This document shows positions 52,801-62,692 of a stretch of 64,000 bases of DNA, piece after piece. A program made the translations under genes and the position numbers. Source of the DNA: a virus; the IMG/VR virus record IMGVR_UViG_3300033146_000850, positions 62,064 to 126,063 of that record; one strand, 5' to 3'. The notes beneath the pieces were generated by a model. That model was given only the letters and a program-made list of their open reading frames with translations, was not told where the DNA came from and ran no database searches. Positions within the stretch are counted from its first letter, which is position 1. Every line of letters begins with the position of its first letter.

Positions 52801-52995
52801 ATGTCATTTAGTGAAAATGAAAAATTCAAATTACTTGATGAATATATAACAAGAAAGATAGAAGAATTACGTTTTATGAATTTATATGATATTACAAACG
52901 ATGATGTTTATAATGCTATAATGGATGTTTATAATGACATTTATATCGAAATGACTATGATTAATTATGATTCATCAGAGATGTCTAATGCTTAA
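52801..52995 (+). CDS. 64-aa ORF between the two CCA halves
   Basis: AAGGAGG RBS inside the last codons of the upstream ORF. Confidence 0.6.
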   Translation: MSFSENEKFKLLDEYITRKIEELRFMNLYDITNDDVYNAIMDVYNDIYIEMTMINYDSSEMSNA

Positions 52996-53012
52996 TTTAT
53001 AATGGGGATTAT

Positions 53013-53837
53013 ATGTTTAAACCTACTGATGAATTAACATCTGTTGTTAATTCTTTTGATATTAAAATATTGTTTGATAAAGTTAGCATAGAGAGAATAA
53101 ATGATGAACTTTGTAAAATTTTAATTAAAGGTGATATTGATTATTTAATCCAATCTAATTTTATTGGTAAGATTATTCCAGAATATAAAGCATTTGAAGA
53201 TAAACAATATAAAAGTATAGTTCTTAAACATATAACCGAAGTTGTGAGATTGGCTAGGAAATATGATGATATTAGTTTAATATTGGCTGGATTATTCCAC
53301 GATATTGGCAAGGCATTCACAGGGGAATGGTCTACCGATAAAAATCGTTACATATATTATGGTCACGAGGATATTTCTTCCATTGTTACATTGAAAAGAT
53401 TAAAAGAATTAAGATTTTCAAAAAAAATAATTAAGGATGTTGTTTTTATAGTGCAAAATCATATGAAAATTAAATTTTTCAATTCTAAAAACCCTAAAAG
53501 TTTTATTAAATTTTTATTAACTCATGGTTTAGATAATGTTGAAAAATTAATATTGTTCAATAGTCTTGATTGGGGTGGTAAACCGTTAAAAGACCAAATA
53601 TCGTTAGATGTTAATAATAAGCAAGAGCAGTTGGTTTCAATGTTTGATAAATATTCTAAAATTATTAAATATTGTAATAATAATTATAAAAAAGAATTAA
53701 GACAAATTGGAAAATTGATAAATAAGAATTCAAATATAGATGTTTGGCAAAAATCAACAATGATTTTAGGTGAAAAGGTTCAATTCATAATAAATCGGGT
53801 TGATGAAGTTGAAAAACCCACAAATATTATTTTCTAA
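53013..53837 (+). CDS. CCA-adding enzyme, body/HD half
   Basis: VSIERINDELCKIL, H...V, AGLFHDIGK, YGHE, HM. Confidence 0.88.
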   Translation: MFKPTDELTSVVNSFDIKILFDKVSIERINDELCKILIKGDIDYLIQSNFIGKIIPEYKAFEDKQYKSIVLKHITEVVRLARKYDDISLILAGLFHDIGKAFTGEWSTDKNRYIYYGHEDISSIVTLKRLKELRFSKKIIKDVVFIVQNHMKIKFFNSKNPKSFIKFLLTHGLDNVEKLILFNSLDWGGKPLKDQISLDVNNKQEQLVSMFDKYSKIIKYCNNNYKKELRQIGKLINKNSNIDVWQKSTMILGEKVQFIINRVDEVEKPTNIIF

Positions 53838-53894
53838 TAATAAACTATAGTAAAAACTAAATAATTGTGTGATTAATTATTATGGTAAAATGAA

Positions 53895-54317
53895 ATGTTG
53901 AATTTTAAGAAATTCTTATTTGAATCATTTATATCTAAAGATGTTTTGAAAGAAACAATAAAAAAATTTAATAAACAAGTTAAATTGGACGCTACAGGTT
54001 ATTATTTGAAAAATGGTAGTTTAGTATTCGCTCTTGCTATTTTTGAGCTAATAGGTAAAAATGGGGACATTTACGTGTTAGTAGATGATGAGGGTTCACA
54101 TTTACATTATGTTGTTAAATTTGAGAATTATTATTGGGATATTAATGGTGGTTCTGGGTTGAAACGTAAAGAGGAGTTTATAACTATTGTAGGTGTTGGT
54201 GATTGGTTTTATGTTAATCCCAATGACTCTATTCTTGATATTGATAATAAAAATGAAATATTGGAAGTATATTCACAGTTAAAGAATATATATATGAATT
54301 TATTAAATAGGGGGTGA
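53895..54317 (+). CDS. hypothetical protein, possible internal head protein
   Basis: Starts MLNFKKFLFE; ACTAAATA upstream; H...YWDING motif. Confidence 0.55.
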   Translation: MLNFKKFLFESFISKDVLKETIKKFNKQVKLDATGYYLKNGSLVFALAIFELIGKNGDIYVLVDDEGSHLHYVVKFENYYWDINGGSGLKRKEEFITIVGVGDWFYVNPNDSILDIDNKNEILEVYSQLKNIYMNLLNRG

Positions 54318-54319
54318 TT

Positions 54320-54823
54320 ATGAAATTTATTATATTTACAACATTAATTATGTTGTTTTTAGGGTGTTCATCTTTTAGACCTAAAAAGAAATTAAAGATT
54401 GCTACCGAGGATTTACGTATTAACTATGTCGAGGTTGTTGATAAACCTAAACCTATAGCATTATATAAAAACAAATGTATTATTCCATCTGATGGTATAT
54501 TTTATTCAACTAAAGACCACGATAAATTGGTTAATATAATGAGAAAATGTTCAGAGGCTACGTTGGGTATACCTATTCTTGATTCTAAAGGTAACATTAA
54601 ACGTGATAAAGATGGGAGAATTTTGCGTTTAAAATCACACGTAGATATATTGTTGAAAAAATATGAGGATTCAATTAAAATAAATAATAAAACCATTAAT
54701 GATTATAATAAAATTGTCGATAAATATTATGATGTGGAAACTGATAAAAAAAGTTGGAGAAGTACAACTTTAGGGTCGGGTGGGGTTATTGTTATATTGT
54801 TGATGTTGATTATTATTATATAA
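54320..54823 (+). CDS. lipoprotein with C-terminal TM segment (u-spanin-like)
   Basis: Lipobox FLGC; C-terminal GGVIVILLMLIIII. Confidence 0.6.
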   Translation: MKFIIFTTLIMLFLGCSSFRPKKKLKIATEDLRINYVEVVDKPKPIALYKNKCIIPSDGIFYSTKDHDKLVNIMRKCSEATLGIPILDSKGNIKRDKDGRILRLKSHVDILLKKYEDSIKINNKTINDYNKIVDKYYDVETDKKSWRSTTLGSGGVIVILLMLIIII

Positions 54824-54911
54824 AAAAATCTCAAATTATAAATAATTATTGTTATATAAGTTGGTTGTTAAAAACTAAATAATTATTATTTAAACCTAAT
54901 AGGAGGTAAAT

Positions 54912-57900
54912 ATGAGTGTTAGAACTTCACCAGGTGTTTATATTACTGAGATAGATAAATCTCTAGGTATGGAGCTTTTGGGTACAGGTGGTATTGGTAT
55001 AGCAGTTAAGCTTAACAAAGGACCAATAGGTAAACCTTTCGTTGTCACTTCGGAAAAAGACTTAATGAGTAAAGGTGGTTTACCTATGCCAGGGTTTAAT
55101 TTGCGAGGTTGGCATTCTGTTGATAATATTTTAATTTATGCTGGAAGTGTTGCATTAGCTAGAGTTGAAAAGGTTTCTTTTAGTTCCACTCATAATAATG
55201 TTACTCAAAAATTTGAAATTCCTGTAAATACTGCACAATTAGGTGTTTGCTTAACAGGGGATACCGTCAATTTTGATTTTAATGAAGAATTACAAATGAT
55301 GATTAAGAATCGAGAGATTTTTAAAACTACAAATTCTCAAAATGTTTATGATATTATGAATGAAGATACTGGAATCGATATTGAAAATGTTGATAATTCA
55401 ATTTTAATTGATAATGATGATAGTTTAGAAACGTATGCTGAGGATTTATCATTCAATACAAAGGCTAAGTCATTATATAAACTTGCAAATTTAGGAATGA
55501 CAACAGCTGTAAAAGATGATTTCATTCCAAATATAGAAAATGGTCAAGTATATAATCACAATGGTAAAATTGTTGATATTGGTAATGATATATATTCTGA
55601 CCATTACATATTGACCCTCCAAAAAGGTGTTGATACAATGGGTTCAGGGACTTTAAGTAGGGATGATGTTGAATTGACACAGTTAAATGGTATTAATACA
55701 TCATTTACTTCACAGGTTAGAACTGGTTCAGATATGAATATATATTGGTTCAGTGGTAACATTTTAGGTTCAGGTAATTTAATTAGGGATAGTTTTAATT
55801 ATAAACAATTAAATTCCACTAATGATATGACTGGTTTTATCCAACAAGGGGATAAAGTTGTGATTGATAATATTGAGCGTGAGGTGTCTAGTGTAACACC
55901 TGTAGCAATAATGATAACAACTGATGCACCTTCTGATTGGAGTGTTTCACAAACAACTTGGCATTATAATAAACAAATATCTGAAAATATAGTAGTTGAT
56001 AAAGTATTATCAGATACAGAATTGAAAATAACATCTATTATTAATAGTACGTTTGATTCTGTATATTATTATGATGGTAGCTATGTTTCTCATACATCGG
56101 ATGCATCTAGTGAAACAGGTTCCCCATTTCAAATCTTATCTACTAGTTCATTCTCAAATGGTGAATATTTATATATTGGTTCAGCTGATTCTTTTAATTC
56201 GATTTATTTTGATTTATCAGTTTTGGGTGATAGCACAACATCTCCAACTCTTATTGTTGAATATTCAACAGGTGCTAATTCTTGGAGTAATGCGATTGGG
56301 ATGTTAGATGAAACTAATTCATTTTCTAATAGTGGATATATTTATTTATCATTGGATGAGTCATTATGGGTAGACGATTCTGTTAACGGTGATAATATTA
56401 AGTGGATTAGAATTAGCACTGATGCTAACTTTGACATCACCGCTCCTGTTGCTAATTATATGGTTCCATCTGTTATACCTACAAACTCAATATGTAATTT
56501 CAACTTTTCATATGATGAAGAATCTGGTGTAACAACAATAGTTGAAAAAATATATGGTGATTCAGATGACCCAAGTGGAAAAACTATAAAAGGGTTAAAT
56601 TGTAATTTTTATACTCTTCTTAGAGAAGGTTCAAAGATTGTTGTTGATATAAATGGTGTTATTCATACTAGATATGTTGAGAATATTGTTTCTAGAGATA
56701 CATTGACATTTACAGAGGGTTTAGTTGAATTAATAGTTGAACCTGCTGATGCAAAGGTATTCACTTATTCTAATTTTTATTTTGATTGGAATGATGCAGT
56801 TGTTGGTAAAACAATATATACTGAACACGCAAAGGCAGATATTGTATATACATATCAGTTCAATAATACACCTGCTGGTTATTTGAGTTATGTTGTTAAA
56901 TTAGTTAGTGGTAATCTTAATAGAGATGATAAGATTTCATTGTCTAAATTGAATAGTGATGAATGGAGTATTTATACTAATACTGTAAAAACTATAAAAA
57001 ACCTTAATAAAGAGGATAATGTATATTTTATATCTTTAGATGGGTCAATATCATCTCCAGCTACAAATATGTATTTTACAGATGATTCCGAAAGGGGTAA
57101 TAGTAGAATTAATAATTATAGAGGTGTTGGTCAAGTATTATTCTCATCAACAGATACATCTAAATATCTGATGATTGTTGAGTTAATTTCAGATGTTGTT
57201 ACTGGTGATGAATCACTATTTAAAAAGGGTTGGTTTGCAACTGATGATTTATCTAGTGGAGATGGTAATTGGGGTACAGATGCAACAACCGAGATTGTTG
57301 ATTTCATTCACAATTATGAGGATGTTATATTATATGAACACGATGAGCATACTGGTGATATGGTTATGGTTAATGAACAAATCGTGGGGTTATCATCTGC
57401 AATAAAAGATAGATATACTTATAGTTATTTATTGTTAAATGATGGTTCAGATAAAGTTGATTATATTGATGTTGATAGTGTGTTGGGTAATAATATAATC
57501 GCAACTGAATTTATAAGAGTATGTTCTATCACTCCTGGGGCTTGGATAAATGATGAAAATGTATCTATTGCTATGTGTGATATGTCTCATTATAATACAG
57601 CATTAGTTGAATCTAATGGTATTGGATTTAAAAGCTTATTTGAATTTGCACCTGACACCTCTGATAATTCATTAATTGCATTTGTTGTTATTAAGGATGA
57701 TTTAGTTGTTGAAAAATACATAGTGTCAACTAACCCATCTGCTAAAGATGCTCAAGGAACTTCATTATATATCCTAGATGTTATCAATAGAAAATCTGGA
57801 TATGTTAGGGTTTTATTGAATACTAGCGTTCTTTTACCTAATGAACCTAATGGATATGATATACATTTCAACACCGTTCAGAATGTAAAGTTAACTGGTG

Positions 57901-58889
57901 GATATTCTAGTAAATCTATTGAATTATATAGTAATTATTATTATGATGATAATTCTACTGTTAATCTTTCTATTATTAATGGTTATGTTGAGGATAGCGA
58001 TGTTATTAATGCATATGAATTATTTAGAAATAAAGAAGATGTAACACTTGGATATCTTGTTGATGGTGAGTGGGCTGGTAATGCTACAATTGCTGGTAGA
58101 ATGAGAGATATATGTGTTTATAGGGGTGATAGTGTTGCTATTATCAGTCCTAGTATTAGTGATATTGTTGGTATCAGAGATTCAGATATAATTGAGCAAA
58201 ATATTCTTAATTATGTTAATGATAAAAGTCTTGTTGGTGGGGATAGAGCTAATCAATTTATGGCAATATATGCTAATTGTAAACAAGTTCAAGATGTATT
58301 CAATGATACATATGTTTGGATTCCAATTTCTTCGGATGTTGTTGGTATCAATAATAGTATTGATGGATACTATGACCCTTGGGTAGCTGCTGCTGGTGCT
58401 GAGAATGCTAGTATTAGAAATATTATAAAACTTGGTTGGAATCCTACAGAGGAACAACGAGGTCGTATATATCCTAATAGAATCAATCCAGTTGTTTATT
58501 TTAAAGGTGAGGGTACTTATGTATATGGTGTTAGAAGTCTATGCTCTTTAAAATCAGACCTTTCCGATTTATATAATAGAAAGACTTTAAATCATATTGA
58601 GAAGAACCTTCAAAAATTTATGAGACAGGTTCTTTTCAAATTCAATGATGGTATGACTAGAGGTCAGGTTGTTAATAATATTGAACCATTCCTTAGAAAT
58701 ATAAAATCTAAAAGAGGATTGATAGATTATAAGATTGTATGTGATTCAAGTAATAATCCAATGTCTGTAATTGAGGATAATACTCTAGTATGTGATGTCT
58801 ATTTGAAAATGGCTCATGTTATTGAAAAAGTAGAGTTACAATTCATTATAACTAAAGCTTCTGTTTCATTCGAGGAAGCAACATTATAA
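54912..58889 (+). CDS. gp18: tail sheath protein with large insertion domains
   Basis: SPGVYITEIDKS, KGPIGKP, WIPISSD, PWVAAAG, RINPV, V.CD.SNNP..VI. Confidence 0.93.
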   Translation: MSVRTSPGVYITEIDKSLGMELLGTGGIGIAVKLNKGPIGKPFVVTSEKDLMSKGGLPMPGFNLRGWHSVDNILIYAGSVALARVEKVSFSSTHNNVTQKFEIPVNTAQLGVCLTGDTVNFDFNEELQMMIKNREIFKTTNSQNVYDIMNEDTGIDIENVDNSILIDNDDSLETYAEDLSFNTKAKSLYKLANLGMTTAVKDDFIPNIENGQVYNHNGKIVDIGNDIYSDHYILTLQKGVDTMGSGTLSRDDVELTQLNGINTSFTSQVRTGSDMNIYWFSGNILGSGNLIRDSFNYKQLNSTNDMTGFIQQGDKVVIDNIEREVSSVTPVAIMITTDAPSDWSVSQTTWHYNKQISENIVVDKVLSDTELKITSIINSTFDSVYYYDGSYVSHTSDASSETGSPFQILSTSSFSNGEYLYIGSADSFNSIYFDLSVLGDSTTSPTLIVEYSTGANSWSNAIGMLDETNSFSNSGYIYLSLDESLWVDDSVNGDNIKWIRISTDANFDITAPVANYMVPSVIPTNSICNFNFSYDEESGVTTIVEKIYGDSDDPSGKTIKGLNCNFYTLLREGSKIVVDINGVIHTRYVENIVSRDTLTFTEGLVELIVEPADAKVFTYSNFYFDWNDAVVGKTIYTEHAKADIVYTYQFNNTPAGYLSYVVKLVSGNLNRDDKISLSKLNSDEWSIYTNTVKTIKNLNKEDNVYFISLDGSISSPATNMYFTDDSERGNSRINNYRGVGQVLFSSTDTSKYLMIVELISDVVTGDESLFKKGWFATDDLSSGDGNWGTDATTEIVDFIHNYEDVILYEHDEHTGDMVMVNEQIVGLSSAIKDRYTYSYLLLNDGSDKVDYIDVDSVLGNNIIATEFIRVCSITPGAWINDENVSIAMCDMSHYNTALVESNGIGFKSLFEFAPDTSDNSLIAFVVIKDDLVVEKYIVSTNPSAKDAQGTSLYILDVINRKSGYVRVLLNTSVLLPNEPNGYDIHFNTVQNVKLTGGYSSKSIELYSNYYYDDNSTVNLSIINGYVEDSDVINAYELFRNKEDVTLGYLVDGEWAGNATIAGRMRDICVYRGDSVAIISPSISDIVGIRDSDIIEQNILNYVNDKSLVGGDRANQFMAIYANCKQVQDVFNDTYVWIPISSDVVGINNSIDGYYDPWVAAAGAENASIRNIIKLGWNPTEEQRGRIYPNRINPVVYFKGEGTYVYGVRSLCSLKSDLSDLYNRKTLNHIEKNLQKFMRQVLFKFNDGMTRGQVVNNIEPFLRNIKSKRGLIDYKIVCDSSNNPMSVIEDNTLVCDVYLKMAHVIEKVELQFIITKASVSFEEATL

Positions 58890-59037
58890 TATTCAAAACC
58901 CATCTCATTAGATAAAGGCTTCATAAATCAATTCTAAGTAAAAAATATAATAATCCCTATAGTTACTATTAAATAATCTATATTGTTAAATTATGACTGT
59001 TTTACGGCTGTTTTTTGATTGTTTAAAATGTTATTGA

Positions 59038-59793
59038 TTAACCAACAAAGAATTGAGGTGGGAAACTCCATTTATTTTCTAATTCTTCTTCAAGTTCTTT
59101 TATTCTATCTGTTGCTTCTTGCCAAATTTGTTGACCTGTCAATCTTGCCCCACCTGGGAGATTTACACCATCAAATTTTTTAAGATTTTCACCCCATTGT
59201 TGTTTAATTAATGCGGTCATATAATGTCTTAACCATATATCTTGAAATAAATCTTCGTATAAATCAACATCCTCTAACATATAACATACTAATGCAACAC
59301 TACCATCACCTGATAGAGGCGTTAGTAAATTTATTTCGTGTGTTAATGGGTTAAATGTGTAGTTGAATTTTTTACCTATTTTCATATCTACGAGCTTTAA
59401 CCATTCATATACAAGTTCAACGGTTACTATATCGAAACCACCCATTTTACCATAATTCATACCCATAGATTGTCTCATTTGGTAATCAAAAGAAAACATT
59501 GTAGATTTATCATCTAAATTTAAATACCATAATACATTGATTATTTCTTTAGGTAGTTCATATTTTGTTATATTATGTTTTAATGGTAAGATAAACCCAA
59601 CTTCTCTATATCCATTATAATGTTCCTGGTTGAACCTATAAATAGCCTCACGTGCACGGTCCAAAACTTGTTGAGGTGTAACATCAATTGTTATTATTCC
59701 ACCAACTGGACGACCAAATATATTATCACCACCTAGTTTTCTAATACACCAATCTATCAATTCATACATTGATTTAGGTTCTTCCATACTCAT
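59038..59793 (-). CDS. gp13: neck protein
   Basis: LIDWCIRKLG, WLRHYMTALIKQQWGENLKKFDGVNLPGG. Confidence 0.92.
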   Translation of the reverse strand: MSMEEPKSMYELIDWCIRKLGGDNIFGRPVGGIITIDVTPQQVLDRAREAIYRFNQEHYNGYREVGFILPLKHNITKYELPKEIINVLWYLNLDDKSTMFSFDYQMRQSMGMNYGKMGGFDIVTVELVYEWLKLVDMKIGKKFNYTFNPLTHEINLLTPLSGDGSVALVCYMLEDVDLYEDLFQDIWLRHYMTALIKQQWGENLKKFDGVNLPGGARLTGQQIWQEATDRIKELEEELENKWSFPPQFFVG

Positions 59794-59803
59794 TATAAGC
59801 TCC

Positions 59804-60064
59804 TTATTCTATTGTTTCAATCCATTTTTTTAAATTTTTAATTAATTTTTTGGATTTGGGTATATCTAAGTTTGCCCAATCAACAGTCTTTAGTGTTTCG
59901 TGTAAACTTTTTTTGATTTTATCAACCATCAGTTTTTCTTTTCTTTTTTGTTCTGTTAATTTTTTTTGAATTTTGAGTTTTTTAAGTTTTTCTTTCTTTT
60001 TTTCTATTAGGATTCTATCAATTGTTTTCTCAAGAAATTCCCGTATTTCTTTTTTATCATTCAT
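59804..60064 (-). CDS. hypothetical basic protein
   Basis: AAGGAG RBS. Confidence 0.55.
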   Translation of the reverse strand: MNDKKEIREFLEKTIDRILIEKKKEKLKKLKIQKKLTEQKRKEKLMVDKIKKSLHETLKTVDWANLDIPKSKKLIKNLKKWIETIE

Positions 60065-60078
60065 AACATATCTCCTTA

Positions 60079-60597
60079 TTATTTTTTCTTTTTAATATCC
60101 TTTTTCTTTTTAGTGTCTTTTTTCTTTTTAGTATCTTTTTTCTTTTTAATTTCTTTTTTAACTGGTTTAACTTTTTCTAATGGTATATTTTCAACACCAT
60201 CAACAACACCTTCATCAACATCATTAGCAGGTGTCAATATTGTTTCTTTTTCACCTAATGTTATAGTGTCTTTTGTTATGTAGTCTGATACTGGTGATTC
60301 TTTCATAAATTGCTCAACATTATTTTCTGGTTGAACTATTGTGTTGTCTGTTTCTTTTGTTATAAATGTTTCCATTAATTCAACAGGTGTTTTGGATGTT
60401 CCAACGTATGAAATATCTTGCTTTTTATTTTTAGTATTCGGTATGTATTTTAGATACGAATACTTTGATGCTAATAATTTCTCCTCTTTCTCGGTTAAGA
60501 TATGAGTTAAGTTTTTAGTCTCATTTATCCCAAACCCTATTTCGTTACCTCTAAATGTAACATTCAACTTCATTATACTAGAAGTGTTAATAATCAT
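60079..60597 (-). CDS. hypothetical protein with KKKKDT tail repeats
   Basis: AAGGAGG RBS; 18-nt repeats near the 3' end. Confidence 0.6.
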   Translation of the reverse strand: MIINTSSIMKLNVTFRGNEIGFGINETKNLTHILTEKEEKLLASKYSYLKYIPNTKNKKQDISYVGTSKTPVELMETFITKETDNTIVQPENNVEQFMKESPVSDYITKDTITLGEKETILTPANDVDEGVVDGVENIPLEKVKPVKKEIKKKKDTKKKKDTKKKKDIKKKK

Positions 60598-60611
60598 TTC
60601 AACCTCCTTTA

Positions 60612-60650
60612 AAAAACTAAATAAATATGTAACAATAGTATTTAGTTTTT
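60612..60650. promoter_or_regulatory. inverted pair of putative gp55 late promoters
   Basis: AAAAACTAAATA ... TATTTAGTTTTT between divergent late genes. Confidence 0.6.
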
Positions 60651-60674
60651 AGAATTTATTAGAGGATTATATAT

Positions 60675-61367
60675 ATGTATTTTTTTAATGATACAATATC
60701 AATATATACTATAGCATTTGGTAGTTTATTTAATAACTTTAAGGTTCATCGTATTAGCAATGACAAAAAAGTTAAAGAAATATCGGTTCCATTATCTTAT
60801 GCTGGTAAAACACATTGGTATATGAAAAAATTTCAAAACATACCTGATATTGATAATATTGGTAAGATTTTACCAATGATTTCATTCACACTAGAGAATA
60901 TAACTCCAAATAGAGAGAGACAAACTAATAAATTTGAAAATATACAGTTTGATGTTGATATTACACGTGCGGTTAAAGAGTGGGTTCAAACATCTATACC
61001 TTATAAGTTTGGGTTTAATATTAATATTTGGACAAAGTTTCAATCTGATATGAACCAGATAATTGAGCAAATATTACCATTCTATCCATCAGGTAGTCGA
61101 GATTTACATATAAAGGAAATTCCTATACTAGGAGTTCATAGGAGTACACGGGTTGAATTATCCAGTGTTAATCCTGATATTCAAGTTGATTTCGATGAAA
61201 AAGGGGATAGAATAATACAATATAGTTTATCGTTTGAATTGGATGGATATATGTATCCACCAATAGAGGAGAGTAAAATAATAAATAATATTGATATTAA
61301 CACGTATATTGAAACAATACAGACTAATTATAATATTGAGACTATATTAAACACCGAAACGGAGTAA
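60675..61367 (+). CDS. gp15: tail sheath stabilizer / tail terminator
   Basis: AFGSLFNN, VPLSYA, LPMISF, PY, QIIEQILP, GYMYPP. Confidence 0.92.
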   Translation: MYFFNDTISIYTIAFGSLFNNFKVHRISNDKKVKEISVPLSYAGKTHWYMKKFQNIPDIDNIGKILPMISFTLENITPNRERQTNKFENIQFDVDITRAVKEWVQTSIPYKFGFNINIWTKFQSDMNQIIEQILPFYPSGSRDLHIKEIPILGVHRSTRVELSSVNPDIQVDFDEKGDRIIQYSLSFELDGYMYPPIEESKIINNIDINTYIETIQTNYNIETILNTETE

Positions 61368-61369
61368 TT

Positions 61370-61843
61370 ATGATTGACGGGTTTATAAAATTTTTAACAA
61401 ACCAAGGTAATATATATTTAGTTATTATTGCGTTTCTATCTTTTGTTATATTTTATGGAATGAGATATTATTTTAATAAGCAAAAAAAAGATATTAAAAA
61501 TAAAAATCTGATGGATGATATATCTAATAACATTAATAATTCTATGAATAATTTATCAGAAGAGGTTATACTGAATAGTATTAAAAATGAAAATGGTTGG
61601 TCTGATATTAAAATTAATCTTAATAATTTAGATACAAATTTAGAAAAATTATGGGATGCTTATAATTATAAGATGAACGAGCTTGAGATTAATAATAAAG
61701 TAAGGACTGATAAGATAGTAGATAGTTATATTTTGATTTCCGAGGTTAAGGATGAAATTAAAGATTTAAAATATAAGGTTGAATTATTAATAGTTCAAAT
61801 AGACCATAATAATAATAATACAACAATTAATAAAGGGTTATAG
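61370..61843 (+). CDS. membrane-anchored coiled-coil protein
   Basis: N-terminal TM segment then heptad-like region. Confidence 0.55.
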   Translation: MIDGFIKFLTNQGNIYLVIIAFLSFVIFYGMRYYFNKQKKDIKNKNLMDDISNNINNSMNNLSEEVILNSIKNENGWSDIKINLNNLDTNLEKLWDAYNYKMNELEINNKVRTDKIVDSYILISEVKDEIKDLKYKVELLIVQIDHNNNNTTINKGL

Positions 61844-61855
61844 AGGTTTTTAAAA

Positions 61856-62650
61856 ATGATTAATTTTAATGATAATGGTGTTTTGATTGATTTGAACTTT
61901 AGTGATGTGTATGTCATCGAGAAATGGATTAAGAAGATGATACTTGAATTGAAGGGTGTAGAGAAACATCTATGTCCTTGTAAGTATAAAATTTTACAAT
62001 TAAAATGGCATGAAGTTATTTACTGGTATTTAAATTATTCAACTAGAATAATTATAAGTCGTGTCGTGTCGATTGAGGACTTTTTTAGTGAAATAACTAG
62101 AATAGTAGAATCTTATGAGCTTCTAATATATAATGAAAAGACAATATCTAAAAAAACATATTCGATATTTCGAGAATTACATCGAGTTGTTATTGATGAA
62201 TTTGTATCCGAGGTTAAACACGAGATAAATGCTCATAATAAAAATAAAGGTTCAATACTTGATTTTATAGAATTTATAGGTTCACAGCTATATCAGATTA
62301 TGTTAAATTCTTTTTTTGAAATGAATGAAATATCAATAGAATGTGAAGATAAATCCTGTCCTTATATGCAAAATGTAGAAAATAAATCTATTAGATTTCT
62401 TATTAATAATATGTATAATGTTAATAATTTTTCAGTTTTTAAACTTGATAAGTTTATTGAAATATTAGAGGGAGATGTTAAAGATATGGATTTCATTGCT
62501 GATTTTAAATATTTTAATGAACCATATTTATCACCGAATATATTGAAAATGTTAAAAAAAACAAAACAACTTTTTAATTCTTTAAAAATAATCAATTTCG
62601 ATAAATCTTTATTGTCAACGTTATCTGTTGATTTTTCTAAAAATATTTAA
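61856..62650 (+). CDS. hypothetical protein
   Basis: 264-aa ORF with GAGG RBS. Confidence 0.55.
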   Translation: MINFNDNGVLIDLNFSDVYVIEKWIKKMILELKGVEKHLCPCKYKILQLKWHEVIYWYLNYSTRIIISRVVSIEDFFSEITRIVESYELLIYNEKTISKKTYSIFRELHRVVIDEFVSEVKHEINAHNKNKGSILDFIEFIGSQLYQIMLNSFFEMNEISIECEDKSCPYMQNVENKSIRFLINNMYNVNNFSVFKLDKFIEILEGDVKDMDFIADFKYFNEPYLSPNILKMLKKTKQLFNSLKIINFDKSLLSTLSVDFSKNI

Positions 62651-62692
62651 ATTAATAAATAATAGTATATTCAATTGTAATTGGAGGTTGAT

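Noticed and set aside
52789-53012. Group I/II intron in the CCA gene
   Set aside because: Almost entirely occupied by an ORF; no recognisable P7 core, terminal G or domain V hairpin
783-62595. Numerous short antisense or out-of-frame ORFs nested in large genes
   Set aside because: Shadow ORFs of codon-biased genes, with no RBS or motifs
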